Shown: positions 1 to 9,475 of the stretch, one piece after another | How positions within the stretch are numbered: position 1 is the stretch's first letter | Layout: the number at the start of each line of letters is the position of its first letter | From: an uncultured bacterium | GTDB taxonomy: Bacteria > Bacteroidota > Bacteroidia > Chitinophagales > Chitinophagaceae | Direction: 5' to 3' | DNA: 44,956 nucleotides | Assembly (NCBI GenBank): GCA_965652995.1 | Contig: CBFGYQ010000001.1 | Span: 1-44,956 of the forward strand | Made by a program: the position numbers and the translations under genes | The notes under the pieces: model-generated | What the model saw: only the letters and a program-made list of their open reading frames with translations | The model's database searches: none | What the model was told of the DNA's origin: nothing

Positions 1-1062
1 AATGTTCAACGCATCTGCGTCCAATACTAACGGTTCTTTTTGTTCTTCGATAAAGTTTTCAAGTGCCTCTGCGGTTCTTCTCGCTAACCCCATGCCCGGT
101 CCAACACCTGTAGCATTTACACCTAAGCTATTCCGTATTTCTGTTATGTAGTTTTCTCCGCTGGTCAAGCACATAGCCTCTACAACTTGGTTTTGAAAAA
201 TAGCAATTCCCATATCCGGTATCAAAGCTGTGACCTTACCAACACCACTTCTTAAAGCAGCTTTAGCACAAAGTGCAATAGCACCCATCATGCCATAACT
301 ACCACCCACTAGTAGAGTATGACCGTAATCACCTTTATGTGTAAAAGGATCTCTTGGTTTGTATATTTTCTTGATCTCTTTCTGGTCAATAGTAAAATAG
401 TGGGTTGCTGTTTGTTCTATAAATGTTGGATGTAAACCGATATCTAAAATGTGAATGTTCCCGGTGTATTTTGCAGCTTCTGGATGCAGAAAACTTCTTT
501 TATAAAACTGAAAGCTAAGAGTATGTTGTGCTTTAAAAATAGCATTATTGCTAGGTAAATCGTCAGAAGAAAGTCCACTGGGAATATCAATAGCTAGTTT
601 TAAATTAGGTAGTTCATTTATCTGATGAATGAATTGTTTGAGCCAGCCATCTACCGGTCTGTTTAGTCCGGTTCCTAATATAGCATCTAAGATGACAATG
701 TGCGGAGCTAAATCAGTAATAAACGTATCTTGAGGAACAGTGGAAACAAGACTTTCGTCAATGTTTTTTAGGTTTTGAAGATTAGTAGCACAATTGGGAG
801 AAAGCTCACTGCTATACTCCAACAAAAATGCTTTTGCAGCATAACCGTTTTGATGAAGCAATCTTGTAATTGCCAATCCATCACCACCATTATTGCCTGT
901 ACCACAAAGTACTACATAGAGCGTATTGTCTGCCAAGTGAGACTTCAGCCAGTTGGTACATTGAGAAGCAGCTTGTTCCATAAGCTCTATGGAAGTGATA
1001 TTCTTTGCTTGTACTGTATAGCTATCGCATGCTTTTATTTGTTCGGCAGAAAATATTTTCAT
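1..1062 (-). CDS. nnr: Bifunctional NAD(P)H-hydrate repair enzyme (YjeF-N epimerase + ADP-dependent dehydratase); 3' end cut by the window edge
   Basis: Absent from the ORF track because it runs off the window. The reverse complement from 1062 reads MKIFSAEQIKACDSYTVQAKNITSIELMEQAAS...LYVVLCGTGNNGGDGLAITRLL, which contains the YjeF-N GNNGGDG motif. The same frame reaches position 1 as ...VNATGVGPGMGLARRTAEALENFIEEQKEPLVLDADALNI, typical of the carbohydrate-kinase-like dehydratase domain. 1062 nt is exactly 354 codons. Confidence 0.8.
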   Translation of the reverse strand, partial: MKIFSAEQIKACDSYTVQAKNITSIELMEQAASQCTNWLKSHLADNTLYVVLCGTGNNGGDGLAITRLLHQNGYAAKAFLLEYSSELSPNCATNLQNLKNIDESLVSTVPQDTFITDLAPHIVILDAILGTGLNRPVDGWLKQFIHQINELPNLKLAIDIPSGLSSDDLPSNNAIFKAQHTLSFQFYKRSFLHPEAAKYTGNIHILDIGLHPTFIEQTATHYFTIDQKEIKKIYKPRDPFTHKGDYGHTLLVGGSYGMMGAIALCAKAALRSGVGKVTALIPDMGIAIFQNQVVEAMCLTSGENYITEIRNSLGVNATGVGPGMGLARRTAEALENFIEEQKEPLVLDADALNI

Positions 1063-1332
1063 TTAGAGAAATGTTTTGTGTGGTTTTAATGATGGTTGCT
1101 TCATCGATAAATACGGACGACCCCATTCAATAAACTCAGGGCAGGCTGTGCATTGCAAATCGAGTTTAATAGTAGTGGGCATTTTGAATGAATAAAAAAG
1201 TCGCTCCATATCTACAAAGGAAATTGTCATGAAAATTTCAAAAAACAAATTAAGGGAAATAAATCTTGCAGAAATATTACAATAAACACAAAATATGGAT
1301 TGCTTAGCTGATTGAACCCAATGTGGAATCCC

Positions 1333-1340
1333 TATCTTTG
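1333..1340 (+). promoter_or_regulatory. Bacteroidota sigma-A -7 box (TATCTTTG, consensus TAnnTTTG) upstream of the TonB-dependent receptor gene
   Basis: Exact match to TAnnTTTG, 41 nt upstream of the ATG at 1381, inside a 318-bp divergent intergenic region. Confidence 0.4.
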
Positions 1341-1380
1341 TTTGCTTCAAAAAAACAATCTGTTTAAACTAGTCCTATTC

Positions 1381-3729
1381 ATGCAATTACGTAGTCGCTT
1401 GCTTTTTGCCTTGTTGTTCGCTTGCAACATAGCCTTTGCACAATCAAGTACAGTTCGGGGTTTTGTTTATGAAAAGAAATCAGGGGAGGCGATGAGTTAT
1501 GTCATCGTTGCATTGCAGGGAACAAACTTGGGAACTCAGACAGATGTGAACGGGTATTTTTCTATCCCTCAGGTTCCTGCCGGCAATTACAACCTGTTTA
1601 CAACAACAATGGGCTACGATACAGCGTTGGTAGCTGTTGAGGTAGGAACAAACGATATCATCACACAAAAACTATATATAGATCCGTTGCCACGCACTCT
1701 AAAAGATGCGGTGGTAAGTGCACGTCAACAAGAAAAGATAACTCAAGTAAATGCAGGTACTACTACTATTACTCCTCGTGAGATAAAACTATTGCCAAGT
1801 TCTGGTGGTGAGCCGGATATAGCACAATATCTACAAGTGGTACCGGGTGTTGTATTCACAGGAGACCAAGGTGGACAGTTATACATTAGAGGTGGTTCTC
1901 CGGTGCAGACAGGTATTTTATTAGATGGTGTCACTATTTATAATCCTATTCACTCGATTGGGTTGTATTCCGTTTTCGAGACAGATGCCATTCGTAACGT
2001 AGATGTTCAGTCAGCAGGGTTTGGCGCACAATACGGTAATCGTACCGGTGCAATGTTGGATATCAGATCCAAAGATGGTAACAAAAATCGTCATGCAGGA
2101 AAATTGTCTGTATCTCCCATAATGGCACGTGCTATGTTAGAAGGTCCTATTTCTAAACCTAAAACAGAAGGAGGTGGAAGTATTACATATTTACTCTCAG
2201 CTAAGCACAGTTATTTAGAAAGTACCAGTAAGTCTATTTATGGTGGCTTTGGAGAACCTTTCAAAAGTGGATTGCCATATTCATTTACAGATTTGTATGG
2301 TAAAGTAACTATCAGTGGAGATAATGGCAGTAAGCTCAATTTGTTTGGATTTAATTTTGACGATAAAGCAAGAGTGTTAGACCCTGTAACAGCTGCTGAA
2401 CGTGCAAACTTCGATTGGAATGCACGGGGTGGTGGAGCTACATTTGTTGTTACACCAGGGAATTCTGCCACACTTATTAGTGGTCGTTTTGCCTATTCAA
2501 AATATGATATTTCAGCTAATGAAATTGGAGCGGCTATTTCAAAAAACACAGATCGCACAAGCAGTATAAAAGGCTTTGAAGGAGCTGTAGATTTTACGAG
2601 TTTTTTACCCAACTATAGCATGGTAAAATATGGCTTGGAAGTAAGTGGTTTGAATACAACTCTTAACTATGTAAACTCTGCGGATGTAAACACCATTTTA
2701 GACCGAAATAATACTACTGCTGCATTATTCGCTATTTATCGAAAAAATTTTGGGTCTAAGTTTGTGTTAGAACCTAGCGTACGTTTGCAATATTATTCTT
2801 CAATTTCCAAATTATCTCCAGAGCCTAGACTAGGGATGAAATTTAATGCAACGCCTAATGTTCGTTTCAAAGCGGCAGCAGGGTTGTATTCTCAGAATAT
2901 CATCAGTACAAAATCAGATCGTGACATCGTGAACTTCTTTACAGGCTTTTTACTAAGTCCTGACCAATCAATCAAAGATGTGGATGGAAATGATGTACCT
3001 ACCAATTTGCAAACAGCTTACCACTTAATTGCCGGAGTAGAAGTAGATGTGCGAGGAGTTGAGTTCAATCTTGAACCTTGGTATAAAAACTTTACAAGAA
3101 ATATAGAATTGAACCGTGTGAAGAAAAATACGAATGATGCAGATTTCATTGCAGGTACCGGTAGTGCATATGGTATAGACCTTTCTGCCAAATATGTCAA
3201 AAACCGAGTCTTCTTTTATACAGCAGCATCTTTTCAGCGTGTAACGTATGTAACACTTGTTGCACAATCTGTTCTTGAAACTCCTGAAAGACAAGAATAT
3301 CCGGCTCCTTTCGACCGTCGTTTCAATTTGAATATAGTAGGGTCGTACAGCGCAGGAAAGAAAAAAGATATTGAGCTTTCAGTACGTTATAATTTAGGTT
3401 CTCCATTTCCATTCACTCAAACCCAAGGATTTTACGAAAACCCTAACATCATCGAAAATGGAATTAACACTAACTATCTTCAAACAAATGGATCTATCGG
3501 AGTTTTGTATGCTAAAGAACTTAATGGAGGTAGACTTTCTTGGTATCATCGCTTAGACCTTTCAGCGAAGAAACGTTTCCAATTATCAGAAAATAATAAT
3601 ATTGAAACTTCGTTGACCGTAACAAATGCTTACGATCGTAACAATATTTTTTACATTGAAAGAACTCAAAACGTAAGAGTTTATCAATTGCCTATATTCC
3701 CAAGTATCAACGTAACTTGGAACTTCTAA
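1381..3729 (+). CDS. TonB-dependent receptor-like outer-membrane protein with N-terminal carboxypeptidase-regulatory-like domain and plug
   Basis: Signal peptide MQLRSRLLFALLFACNIAFAQ starts at the ATG at 1381 (the track ORF starts at a TTG at 1312). CarboxypepD_reg-like segment VRGFVYEKKSGEAMSYVIVALQGTNLGTQTDVNGYFSIPQVPAGNY. Plug-like segment ITPREIKLLPSSGGEPDIAQYLQVVPGVVFTGDQGGQLYIRGGSP...LLDGVTIYNP. Long beta-rich remainder ending ...SINVTWNF. Confidence 0.8.
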   Translation: MQLRSRLLFALLFACNIAFAQSSTVRGFVYEKKSGEAMSYVIVALQGTNLGTQTDVNGYFSIPQVPAGNYNLFTTTMGYDTALVAVEVGTNDIITQKLYIDPLPRTLKDAVVSARQQEKITQVNAGTTTITPREIKLLPSSGGEPDIAQYLQVVPGVVFTGDQGGQLYIRGGSPVQTGILLDGVTIYNPIHSIGLYSVFETDAIRNVDVQSAGFGAQYGNRTGAMLDIRSKDGNKNRHAGKLSVSPIMARAMLEGPISKPKTEGGGSITYLLSAKHSYLESTSKSIYGGFGEPFKSGLPYSFTDLYGKVTISGDNGSKLNLFGFNFDDKARVLDPVTAAERANFDWNARGGGATFVVTPGNSATLISGRFAYSKYDISANEIGAAISKNTDRTSSIKGFEGAVDFTSFLPNYSMVKYGLEVSGLNTTLNYVNSADVNTILDRNNTTAALFAIYRKNFGSKFVLEPSVRLQYYSSISKLSPEPRLGMKFNATPNVRFKAAAGLYSQNIISTKSDRDIVNFFTGFLLSPDQSIKDVDGNDVPTNLQTAYHLIAGVEVDVRGVEFNLEPWYKNFTRNIELNRVKKNTNDADFIAGTGSAYGIDLSAKYVKNRVFFYTAASFQRVTYVTLVAQSVLETPERQEYPAPFDRRFNLNIVGSYSAGKKKDIELSVRYNLGSPFPFTQTQGFYENPNIIENGINTNYLQTNGSIGVLYAKELNGGRLSWYHRLDLSAKKRFQLSENNNIETSLTVTNAYDRNNIFYIERTQNVRVYQLPIFPSINVTWNF

Positions 3730-3739
3730 CGAATACTGA

Positions 3740-6700
3740 ATGAAAAAAATATCAGCAGGTAAAACATGCTGCATCATGGCAGGTGTTTTTTTCTCGCTTG
3801 GTTACGCCAATAAATCTATTGCGCAGGATCATCTTATCAATCAGCCTCAATACAGTTGGCTGCGATTGGCAGAAGAACAATATCGACAAGGGCATTATGC
3901 AATGGCTGCACAATCGGCAGAAAAATACTTATTGCTAGATTCGAAAACTGTTTATAACAATACCGAAGACTCTCGTGAAACTGCAAAGTATTATCAAACA
4001 CTTGCACAAATAAAACTGCATACGGATGGAGTGGAAGATTCTGCATCCAATTTTATTTTATACAGTACCAATCCGGTTTACAAGCAACGTGCTTCATTTG
4101 CATTAGGTCAGTATCATTTTGAAAATCAGCAATACGCAAAAGCGATCCCTTACTTCGAGCGTGTAGAAATTGTGAATTTGAACAATGAGGAAATTGTCGA
4201 TTTAAAATTCGAATTAGCCTATAGTTATTTCAACAATAAGCAATTCGACAAAGCGGCTCCACTTTTTGAAGCGGTTAACGGTTTAGGTGGTCGCTATGCA
4301 AATGCAGGTACCTACTATCACGGTTTGCTTGCCTATAATGAGGGGCGTTATGAAGACGCACTTGCTAGTTTCAAGAAAATTGATAATGATCCAAAATACA
4401 AAGACATTGTTTCTTTTTACGAAGCAGAGATCTATTACTTCACCGGTAAACAACAAGAGGCATTAGATAAAACGCTCGATCTCATCAAAAACAATAATAA
4501 GACCTACTATGATAATGAGCTGCATCTGCTGGCAGCCCAAGTCTTATTTGAGCAAGGACGTTATGGAGACGCACTTCCTTATTTCGAACACTATTATGAT
4601 AATTCTGACAAGATAAGAAAGGAGGAATTGTATGAAATGGGGTACAGCTATTATCAAGTAAATGAATGGAAAAATGCCATTGAAAAATTCAAACCATTAA
4701 GTAATTCGCAAGATTCGTTGGGGCAGACAGCAATGTACCTTTTAGGAGATTCTTATCTAAAAACAGGTGATAAAGCAAGTGCCCGCAACGCTTTTGGGAT
4801 AGCAAGTGACATGCCCATCAACAAACATCAGCAAGAAGCATCACTTATGATGCACGGCAAGCTTTCCTACGAAATGGGCTACTATGATGATGCCATAAAA
4901 AGTTTTAGAACCCTATTCAACGAATTTCCTAACACATCATTTGCCGGCGAAGCACGCACGCTACTTTCCGGTCTTTTGCTAAGAACCAATAATTATGAAG
5001 AGGCGTATTCTTTATTGCAAAAAGTAGGTGAGCGAAATACAAACTATTGGGATATCTATCAAAAAGTGACGTATGGCTACGCGATGGAGCAGTTGCAAAA
5101 AGGAAACCTAAATGAGGCAGACAATTTGTTGATGCAATCATTAGATCAGCCGATTAATGTTGACTATCAAATGGCGGCGAATTTTTGGAGAGGAGAAATC
5201 GCATACAGGAATAGACGCTATCAAGATGCTTATAGCTATTCTAAAATATTAGTAGATGCAAATGATAATTCAGCTAGCCGGATAAGCTCGCAAGCAACGT
5301 TAGCCAATGCCAATTTGAATTTGGGGTATGCAGCGATGGAATTGAATGACTACAAAGGAGCACAAGGCTTTTTCAAAAATGCACAAGAAGGTACATCTGG
5401 TAGTTCATCATTATCCAATACAGCGATTTTACGTGAAGCAGATGCATATTTTATGCAAAAGAATTTTAAGGAAGCGAATAGCCTCTACAATAAAGTAATT
5501 GCAGCAAACACAACGGAGTCGGATTATGCTCGTTTACAGAAAGCGATCATTGCAGGTATAGATGGGAATACCGATGAAAAAATACAATTACTTAATCAGG
5601 TAATTAATAAAAAGCCAGCAACAACCTACGCTACACAAGCTCGCTATGAATTGGGACTTACGCATATTGAAAACGATAGGTATCAAGCTGCAATTACAGC
5701 GTTGCAACCCTTGCTGGATGATAATATAGGAAAGGAGTATGCTGTGAAAGCATGGATGAAAACTGCATTTGCATACCAACAGCTCAACAAAGATGATAAA
5801 GCAATAGATGCTTATAAGCACATTGTGGTCAACTATCCTTCATCAGAAGAAAAAGATGATGCATTGGAAGCGATTAGAAATTTATATATCGAAAACAATC
5901 AACCTGATGCTTATGCTGCGTTGCTAAAAGAAAATAGTATCGGTACGAATGCAGAGCAGTCATTGGACTCAACTTATTATGCTGCTGCAGAAGCACAAAT
6001 AGCTGCTGCTAAGTGGAGTGAAGCAAAAACTTCATTGACCTCTTATCTTCAGAAATACCCTAATGGAATATTTACCACTAGAGCGCATTACTATCTTGCA
6101 GAAAGCAATTATCAATTGAAAAGTTATGATGAGGCATTAAAGAATTACGATCAAGTGTTGAATATGCCTTGGAATGAATTTTCGGAAAACAGTGCTAAGA
6201 ATGCTGCCTCAATAGCTTACAATAAAAAGGATTATCAACAAGCCAACAAATACTATGCATCGCTTCGCAGAAGTGCTATGAGTAAGGAGAATCTACAGTT
6301 AGCCTATGTAGGCTTATTACGAACAGAATACAATAATAAAAACTATGATGTAGCAGCAACATACGCTGATACCTTGCTCACGCTACCTGATGTAGATGCA
6401 AAAGCAGTAGATGAAGCACAATTTTTTAAAGCGAAATCGCTACAACAGCAAGGAAAGCATGACGAAGCATTAGCTGCTTACATGCAACAGAAAACTTCAT
6501 CAAATCAAGAAGTGGCAAGTGAAACAAAATATAGAATTGCTGAACTCTATTTTATAAAGGAAAATTATAAGGATGCAGAATTGCAAGCCGCTGAAAATGT
6601 GAAAACGAATTCGGGCAATAATTATTGGGTAGTAAAATCCTATATACTTCTTGCTGATATTATGACAAAGCAGAAAGACTATTTCAACGCAAAGGCTACG

Positions 6701-6814
6701 TTACAAAGTATTATTAAGAACACCAAATACGAAGATTTGAAACAAGAGGCTGGTCAAAAATTGAAAAATGTGAAGAATTTTGAAAAAGGACAGAGCAAAC
6801 TCTTAGTAGAATAG
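3740..6814 (+). CDS. Large secreted tetratricopeptide-repeat (TPR) protein, 1024 aa
   Basis: N-terminal signal-like segment (IMAGVFFSLGYANKSIAQD), then about 1000 aa of repeated TPR-type units such as YYxGxxxYxxxxYxxAxxxF and GDALPYFEHYY. Starts 10 nt after the upstream receptor gene stop. Confidence 0.75.
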   Translation: MKKISAGKTCCIMAGVFFSLGYANKSIAQDHLINQPQYSWLRLAEEQYRQGHYAMAAQSAEKYLLLDSKTVYNNTEDSRETAKYYQTLAQIKLHTDGVEDSASNFILYSTNPVYKQRASFALGQYHFENQQYAKAIPYFERVEIVNLNNEEIVDLKFELAYSYFNNKQFDKAAPLFEAVNGLGGRYANAGTYYHGLLAYNEGRYEDALASFKKIDNDPKYKDIVSFYEAEIYYFTGKQQEALDKTLDLIKNNNKTYYDNELHLLAAQVLFEQGRYGDALPYFEHYYDNSDKIRKEELYEMGYSYYQVNEWKNAIEKFKPLSNSQDSLGQTAMYLLGDSYLKTGDKASARNAFGIASDMPINKHQQEASLMMHGKLSYEMGYYDDAIKSFRTLFNEFPNTSFAGEARTLLSGLLLRTNNYEEAYSLLQKVGERNTNYWDIYQKVTYGYAMEQLQKGNLNEADNLLMQSLDQPINVDYQMAANFWRGEIAYRNRRYQDAYSYSKILVDANDNSASRISSQATLANANLNLGYAAMELNDYKGAQGFFKNAQEGTSGSSSLSNTAILREADAYFMQKNFKEANSLYNKVIAANTTESDYARLQKAIIAGIDGNTDEKIQLLNQVINKKPATTYATQARYELGLTHIENDRYQAAITALQPLLDDNIGKEYAVKAWMKTAFAYQQLNKDDKAIDAYKHIVVNYPSSEEKDDALEAIRNLYIENNQPDAYAALLKENSIGTNAEQSLDSTYYAAAEAQIAAAKWSEAKTSLTSYLQKYPNGIFTTRAHYYLAESNYQLKSYDEALKNYDQVLNMPWNEFSENSAKNAASIAYNKKDYQQANKYYASLRRSAMSKENLQLAYVGLLRTEYNNKNYDVAATYADTLLTLPDVDAKAVDEAQFFKAKSLQQQGKHDEALAAYMQQKTSSNQEVASETKYRIAELYFIKENYKDAELQAAENVKTNSGNNYWVVKSYILLADIMTKQKDYFNAKATLQSIIKNTKYEDLKQEAGQKLKNVKNFEKGQSKLLVE

Positions 6815-6844
6815 TTGATGACAAAATACAACCATATTTATTCC

Positions 6845-8452
6845 ATGATGAAAAAGACGTTCTATTTTGTATTCGGTTTTTTTCTTTGCCATACAAGTTA
6901 TGCGCAAAAGAAAGATACTGTGCTTAAAGATCAAACCATAGAAGTAATACAATCTTACAAACCGGAAGTAAAGCAAGCTCCTAAGCCAATCTTTACACCT
7001 GACATGCCACCGCGCGAAACCACAACGCCAACATTTCAGTACGATGTACCACAGCAAGTGCTGTCTTATTCATATACAGCAATGCCTATTCGTCCACTGG
7101 CACTAGGTAGAGATTCTGTTTCGTTACCATTTCCTAACTATGTGAAATTTGGCGGAGGTAATTTATCAACCATTTATTTAGATGCTGGGATTGGGAGTTT
7201 TAATGGAGAAAGGTATAACACAGCTATTCATTTACATCATCTTAGCCAACAAGGTGCTATCAAATATCAGCGTACTGCATTGAGTGGATTAGAAGCAAAA
7301 GGAAGTTTGCGTACAAAAACAATGAGGTATAACGGAGCATTAGAAGTTTTGAGAAATCAGTACGCGCTTTATGGAGGATTTACTGATACAGGAAGTGCTG
7401 CTCCAAAACATGTTTATGGGGGTGTTTCTGCTTCGGTAGATGCTTCTAATGAAGTTGAAAATTCAATCGGTATCAATTATCATCCTGCTGTAAAGATTGG
7501 TTATTATGGCAGAGAAGGTATATCCGAAACGATGTTTAATTTATCGGCTCCTATTTCTAAAAAATTGGATAAACATTTTACAGCGTATGCAAGCGTAAAT
7601 CTGTTTTTAGCAAATTTGAATGATGTCAATGGCAATGCACGCAATAATAATGTTTTGCAGTTTGCGCCAAAGATCGCTTACGAAAATGCTGGGTTTAAAG
7701 CACATTTAGGTATCAGTCCTACATTGGGTAGAGGAGATAATAGTTATATTCTTCCCGATATATATTTGAGTTATAAATTACCCAATACACCATTTGCAGT
7801 ATTTGCCGGTTGGGACGGTACATTACGCCAAAATACATTTCAGCAGTTAACTACTTATAATCCATATCTCTCTTCCAGCTATTTAATTCGCCAAACAAAA
7901 CAAGACGAAATATACGGTGGATTGAGTGCAGGATTGGGTAACCATTTTTCTCTTTCTGCAAAATTGAGTCATAGAGATTATAAAGACCTGCCGCTTTTTT
8001 TGAATAATTATATTACAGAAAATACCTTTTTCATTGTGTACGACAATGTAAAAGCAGTTTCTGTAGAAGCTACCATTCGTTACGATATTGCCGATATATT
8101 CTCGCTTAAGTTGGGAGGTTCTTACTTCAATTATTACGAATATACTTATTCGCGTGTATGGCATGAACCGAGTCTACGTTTTAATGCAGATTTCAGTTTC
8201 CGTCCTTTTAAAGATTTGACTTTTACAGCTTACAGCCGCGTGTTAGATGGTATTTACACTATAGATGCAACTGGTGTGGAAGTGAAAAATAAAGCAGCCT
8301 TTGATGTAGGTCTTGGCACTGAGTACAATATTGTTCCAAGATTATCAGCCTTCTTAAATGTCAATAACCTTTTTGACAACAGATATCAACGGTGGTATAA
8401 TTACGAAGCATATGGGTTCAATATATTCGGAGGTATAAGAGTTAAATTTTAA
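6845..8452 (+). CDS. Outer-membrane beta-barrel protein (putative porin / receptor-barrel-like)
   Basis: Signal peptide MMKKTFYFVFGFFLCHTSYAQ from the ATG at 6845. The track ORF begins at TTG 6815 / ATG 6818, right after the TPR gene stop at 6812-6814. Alternating beta-strand pattern with an OMP-type C-terminus ...NVNNLFDNRYQRWYNYEAYGFNIFGGIRVKF (terminal Phe). Confidence 0.7.
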   Translation: MMKKTFYFVFGFFLCHTSYAQKKDTVLKDQTIEVIQSYKPEVKQAPKPIFTPDMPPRETTTPTFQYDVPQQVLSYSYTAMPIRPLALGRDSVSLPFPNYVKFGGGNLSTIYLDAGIGSFNGERYNTAIHLHHLSQQGAIKYQRTALSGLEAKGSLRTKTMRYNGALEVLRNQYALYGGFTDTGSAAPKHVYGGVSASVDASNEVENSIGINYHPAVKIGYYGREGISETMFNLSAPISKKLDKHFTAYASVNLFLANLNDVNGNARNNNVLQFAPKIAYENAGFKAHLGISPTLGRGDNSYILPDIYLSYKLPNTPFAVFAGWDGTLRQNTFQQLTTYNPYLSSSYLIRQTKQDEIYGGLSAGLGNHFSLSAKLSHRDYKDLPLFLNNYITENTFFIVYDNVKAVSVEATIRYDIADIFSLKLGGSYFNYYEYTYSRVWHEPSLRFNADFSFRPFKDLTFTAYSRVLDGIYTIDATGVEVKNKAAFDVGLGTEYNIVPRLSAFLNVNNLFDNRYQRWYNYEAYGFNIFGGIRVKF

Positions 8453-8509
8453 GTACGCATCATTGTCATCTGTAATTCTTAATTTGCGCAGCATATTAGT
8501 AGGTATATA

Positions 8510-9463
8510 ATGGATATTGCTAAATACATAGGGCATTTTTTGCTTAAAAATAATTTCGTGTATATACATGGATTAGGAAACTTGGAGCTGAAAAAGAAAT
8601 CATCAAAGCACGATGGTGAGTCACTCACGGCTCCCACTTATGAAATAGTGATGACCCAGCTGGGTTCTATTGATGATAACCTGGCGAATTTTATTGCAAC
8701 CAACGAACAAATCAGCATTAGCAAAGCATCTAACGCACTACGTGAATTTAGCATGCAAGCTCGTGCAGACATGCATACGGGCAAAGCTGTGGAAATACCG
8801 GCTGTTGGTAAATTTGTAGAAGAGCGTGGGAAAGTAGTGTTTGTTACAGATCCAAATTTTGTACACACGCCTCCTCCTATTCCTACGATGAAGTTTACTA
8901 AAAGGGAAGAACCGACTTATCCTGAAACAACATCTACTTACAACAGTACATCTTCTGAAACCATCCAATCTGAAAGAGATATACATTCCTATCAGGCAGA
9001 TGATTCTAATGGAATAAGTTGGGCGAAGATCGGTGTTTGGGTAGCGATTTTAGCGGCTTTGGGTGTATTGGCTTATTTCGGCATTCGCTACATGAATCAA
9101 AACAGCGGGACGAAAGATATGCCGCTTATCGTTGAGCCACAAAAAGACAGCAACCAATCTACCTCTAGCGCACCTGTTACTGATACTACATTATCAGTAG
9201 AGCCAACTGCAACTATTGCAAATGCAGACGGTATGTTGAGCTTTGATGTAGTGCTTAATACTTACAACGATATGGGCAAAGCAATGCGCAGAGCAGATAA
9301 ATTGAAAAGCTATGGTAATGATGTATCGATGAAATCATCGGCTGATTCAACTGTTTTCTATGTGGTAATGCCGGTAGCAAATGTAGCCGCAATAGATACT
9401 GCTTCGTTGCTTGATTCATTACGTCGCAATTTCAATCCGAATGGAGTGAGTATCATGAGATAA
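8510..9463 (+). CDS. HU-like (HU-CCDC81-type) N-terminal domain / single TM / C-terminal SPOR domain protein
   Basis: N-terminus MDIAKYIGHFLLKNNFVYIHGLGNLELKKK... is typical of Bacteroidota HU-domain proteins. TM segment WAKIGVWVAILAALGVLAYFGI. C-terminal SPOR-like segment FDVVLNTYNDMGKAMRRADKLKSYGNDVSMKSSADSTVFYVVMPV. Confidence 0.7.
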   Translation: MDIAKYIGHFLLKNNFVYIHGLGNLELKKKSSKHDGESLTAPTYEIVMTQLGSIDDNLANFIATNEQISISKASNALREFSMQARADMHTGKAVEIPAVGKFVEERGKVVFVTDPNFVHTPPPIPTMKFTKREEPTYPETTSTYNSTSSETIQSERDIHSYQADDSNGISWAKIGVWVAILAALGVLAYFGIRYMNQNSGTKDMPLIVEPQKDSNQSTSSAPVTDTTLSVEPTATIANADGMLSFDVVLNTYNDMGKAMRRADKLKSYGNDVSMKSSADSTVFYVVMPVANVAAIDTASLLDSLRRNFNPNGVSIMR

Positions 9464-9475
9464 TTCTTTGGAGCG

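Noticed and set aside
775-1089. 104-aa plus-strand ORF in the track
   Set aside because: It lies entirely antisense to the well-supported nnr gene (GNNGGDG motif on the minus strand). Its Cys-rich, low-complexity translation has no recognisable motif. I treat it as a shadow ORF.
1063-1350. 95-aa minus-strand ORF ending directly at the nnr start (TAA then ATG)
   Set aside because: It has no recognisable domain and sits in an AT-rich divergent promoter region that also contains the receptor gene's -7 box. An internal start (MPTTIKLDLQCTACPEF...) could encode a micro-protein, but I have no support for it beyond the open frame.
8480-8492. TTAATTTGCGCAG upstream of the HU/SPOR gene, and TTATTTTGCAAAAG at 12909-12922 upstream of mqnB, as -7 boxes
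   Set aside because: Both resemble the TTAnnTTTGC context of the other promoters, but they are one T short of TAnnTTTG. I did not list them as features, though they may still be functional variant boxes.
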